Source of the DNA: Takakia lepidozioides
Lineage: Eukaryota > Plantae > Bryophyta
Assembly (NCBI GenBank): GCA_030704615.1
Contig: CM060732.1
Location: 66,464,001-66,528,000 of the forward strand
Reading direction: 5' to 3'
Length of the DNA stretch: 64,000 nt
The notes under the pieces were generated by a model that saw only the letters and a program-made list of their open reading frames with translations, did not search any database and was not told the origin of the DNA. Shown here one piece after another: positions 60,976 to 64,000 of the stretch. The first letter of the stretch is position 1. Each line of letters begins with the position of its first letter. The translations under genes and the position numbers were made by a program.

Positions 60976-63900
60976 GTGTCACCAGTTGCTGAGGAGAGTG
61001 CCGGTACGAGCACTAGCGATACTAGTGGGTATACAAGACGAGGTGTGCGGTTTAGGCCACCTTCACCTTCAGTGTCTTCTGAAGAAGGTTCAGACTCAGA
61101 GTTAGGAGGATTCTCGCCGATGGTGCAAGCCATTTCCGTGCCATTGTTGTGGGACATGATGGAGGAGATGTATGGAGCTACTAAGGGGCCACGTAGGTAC
61201 TCTGGAGCTGTGGGCACCATCGAGGTTGATGACTTCATACAAGAGTTTGATAGTTGGTATGATTTGCAGCAGATGCGCAATCCACAACTGTTTACGCCTT
61301 TTATGGCGTGGAATGGGCTGTTTCAGCACCTTGAGGGGCCGCCCATGGATGACTACCATGAGTATAGGCGGGGACATGAGGTGGAGATTGAGGAATGGTG
61401 GGTGTATTGGTCACCTGACTATGTCTCCATCACTAGAGGCACAAGGGCAGTGGTGACACCGGCAGCTACACCGGCAGTTTCTTCAAGCAGTGGGACGTCA
61501 AGTGGAACATGAGCTGGGAAGTCCACCCAAGCTCTTGCTGCAGCACCAACATCCGTGCCTGCCTTTAGCCCAGCTGTGGAGTTCTTCGAGGAGTTAAGGA
61601 GAAACCACCAAGGGATAAGGACAGAGAAGTGAGAAGTTGCGGAGCTTGCAAGAGTTCCAACGAAGGTCTACTGAGAGTTTGAGGGAGGCTTACACTTGCA
61701 TGAGGCGCTTGATAAACGTAACCCAAGGGGTTACAGAAGCTCAGGCAGTCCAATTCTGGTATGGGATATTGGACAAAGAGCTGAGGAGAAGGGTGCGGGA
61801 TGCAACTCTCCTACAAGTGGCCCAACCAACCTTAGCAAACGTGTTTTTGCTGGCAGAGCGGATAGAGCTCAATATGGTGGAGGAGCGAGTGGTCATGGTG
61901 GGGTTTGGTAAGGAGACACAACGAAGTGGGGCTCTTAGCCAACAACAACCACTACCCCAACGTGCTCAAGGCAACAAAGGGGCTCAGGCGAAGCCCAGGG
62001 AAGGACAGAGAGGATCTCAATTGCAGAGGTCACTTCCTTCATTCTCAGGCCAACAACAGTCGGGAGTGATATGTTGGGATTGTGGAGGACCCCATGTTAA
62101 GAGAGATTGCCCGGAGAGAGGCAAAGGGCCGACACAGGCACAACCTACACAACTACAGTGTAGGCATTGTGGCAAGTATGGGCATGAAGAGACCCATTGT
62201 TATGACTTGCATCCTGAGCTACGGCCAGGCCAGTTCCAAGGGAACAATGGTGGCCGAGGACGAGACAATGTAGTCCAGAGAGGTAGAGGAGGCAGAGGTC
62301 GTGGTGGAGGTCGTAACCAAAACCAGGGAGCACAGGGTCACGGTCAAGGTCATAACCAAGGCATGGTAGATAGGCTTGCCCAGCTAGAGCAACATCTTGC
62401 TACCATGGCCACTACTCATGTTGCGCCAGCTCCAAGGCCTGAGGTTCAAGCCCCACCTGCACAACCTCCTATGCCTAGGGAAGACCAGATTGGTATGGGC
62501 TTCATGTGTGGAGCCGCATTTGCAGGACCATTGCATGTGGACTCTGTAGCTGCTGTCACTCGAGCAGCAACGCGTGCTCCTGAGCCAAGAGGAGCGGATG
62601 TGGATTTTGATCCACAAAGAGGGGAAGCAAGTCGCCAGACAAGGCTTTCATAGTCTTTCACATTGGCTGAGACAGTGCCAACTATGCCATCGACGACACC
62701 CGCTCGCCCAAGTGTGTCAGAGGTAGAGCCACAAGTGTCATTGGGGAGAGTTGGTATGGCTCGGAAAACGTCAGTGGGTGGTACTGCAAAGCAAGGTGCA
62801 GCCAGTACATTGTTGGGGGCGGCTACGACAATTTGCCAAGCTCCATTGTTTTCTGCCACGACAATTGCAATGCCGGGGATGCAGCCAGCTGCAGTGTTTA
62901 GACTGGCAGCTGCACTCTGTGAGAGTGGTGATGCATCGGCACTATCTGCGGGGATAGCGGATCAGGTGCAGTGCATGGATGTCCTGGATTCAAGGGTGAA
63001 GACAGCCATAGCTGTGCCATGGCAAGCGGCAGCTGCAAGGTTGCAGGAATTGCCAGCTAGGCCAGCCATTGAGCGCAGTATGGTGATTCCTGGGGTAGTC
63101 CTGATGGACAATCAGGATGGTGTGTTTCAGTTGGGTGGCCCAGCCGGGAGGAGGTATAGGCCACTGCGAGTCTTGTTGGACTCAGGAGCACAGCCATTGA
63201 TGTTGGGAAGAGCAGCAATTGCAGGCTTGGGCCTTACAGAGGCGGATTTGGAGCCTTGCCCTTTCCAAATTCAAACATCTTTGGGCGGTTCAGAGAAGGC
63301 ACGAGGGATTACACGTCATGAGGTCTTCATTCGATTGCAGCCGGATCATCCTACGGATGATTCAATCATGAGAGCTAAAGCCATTGTTACGGACGTGATG
63401 TCTTATGATGTGCTTGTTGGTGGGGCTGTGTTGTACCCCATGGGATTTACTTTGGACTTTTGGGAGGAAACGACATCCTATAGGCCGGAATGGCAGTCAG
63501 GAGATGGCCGACGTGCACTGCTCCCAGTGCGGTTTATTGAGAATGTAGTGGTGGATCACAGGAACATGATGCCCACATTAGCTGCATTCTCAGGGGTGGT
63601 GGCTTGGGGTGGTGAGCTCTTGGAGGGCAATAGCCATGCAGATGATAGGCCACCACCTGATGAGGACAAACAATTGGCATACAAGGCTGATTTGCTTCCT
63701 CATGTGCCTGTTCATATTCCACTGTGGGGTAGAATTGGGAATTTGCATCGAGTAGCAGGCGAATGTGTGCACCAAGCATGGCATGCGGCCTATCCATTTG
63801 GTGAGTGATGGGAGTTCAGTGACATCACATGGACCTCCTCAGTTAGCTTCTTTGGATACAGTGCCCATTACCTAGCAACCACCTGACTCAGGGATTTGTT

Positions 63901-64000
63901 TGCTAGACCTGTTTGGAGGCATGAGCACTGGGCTTGCAGGAGTGTTGCAAGCTGGGGTTAAAGTACGAAAGTACTTGTATGTGGAGAAGGATGAGATAGC
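60976..64000 (+). pseudogene. gag, protease and start of the methyltransferase domain of Gypsy 2
   Basis: CWDCGGPHVKRDC, CRHCGKYGHEETHC, VLLDSGAQPLMLG, then GICLLDLFGGMSTGLAGVLQAGVKVRKYLYVEKDE at 63891-63995. Several stops and frameshifts. Confidence 0.93.

Larger units (their letters stand above)
57357..64000 (+). mobile_element. Ty3/Gypsy LTR retrotransposon 2 (related DNMT-bearing family), runs off the window
   Basis: LTR 57357-57722 (TG...CA), self-complementary PBS, leader block homologous to 22780-23110, gag 60976-62653, PR VLLDSGAQ, start of MTase at 63891. Confidence 0.92.

Overview
Eukaryotic, transposon-dense plant-type DNA; the element families look bryophyte/moss-like, which is an inference. 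The scaffold is an old tandem duplication of a single-exon gene for a putative permuted papain-fold (LRAT/PPPDE-like, H...NC) protein. Copy A (12928-13719) is intact. Copy B (32807-55340) is broken by a pogo-like element, a MULE derivative with palindromic repeat arrays, a CACTA element and an inversion. The main signal is two diverged Ty3/Gypsy LTR retrotransposons (19292-30906 and 57357->64000) carrying a DNMT3-type C5 cytosine methyltransferase domain inside pol. In element 1 the domain lies between protease and RT. In element 2 only its start is visible, after protease, at the window edge. Both elements lack a tRNA PBS and show a covarying self-priming PBS/LTR pairing. Element 1 has the structure of an integrated, circularly permuted 2-LTR circle. 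The CACTA carries an FCP1/NIF phosphatase-like domain in its second gene plus captured RPS3a fragments, and Gypsy 1 carries a captured acidic ribosomal P-protein tail. All calls come from reading motifs by eye; no database searches were run.
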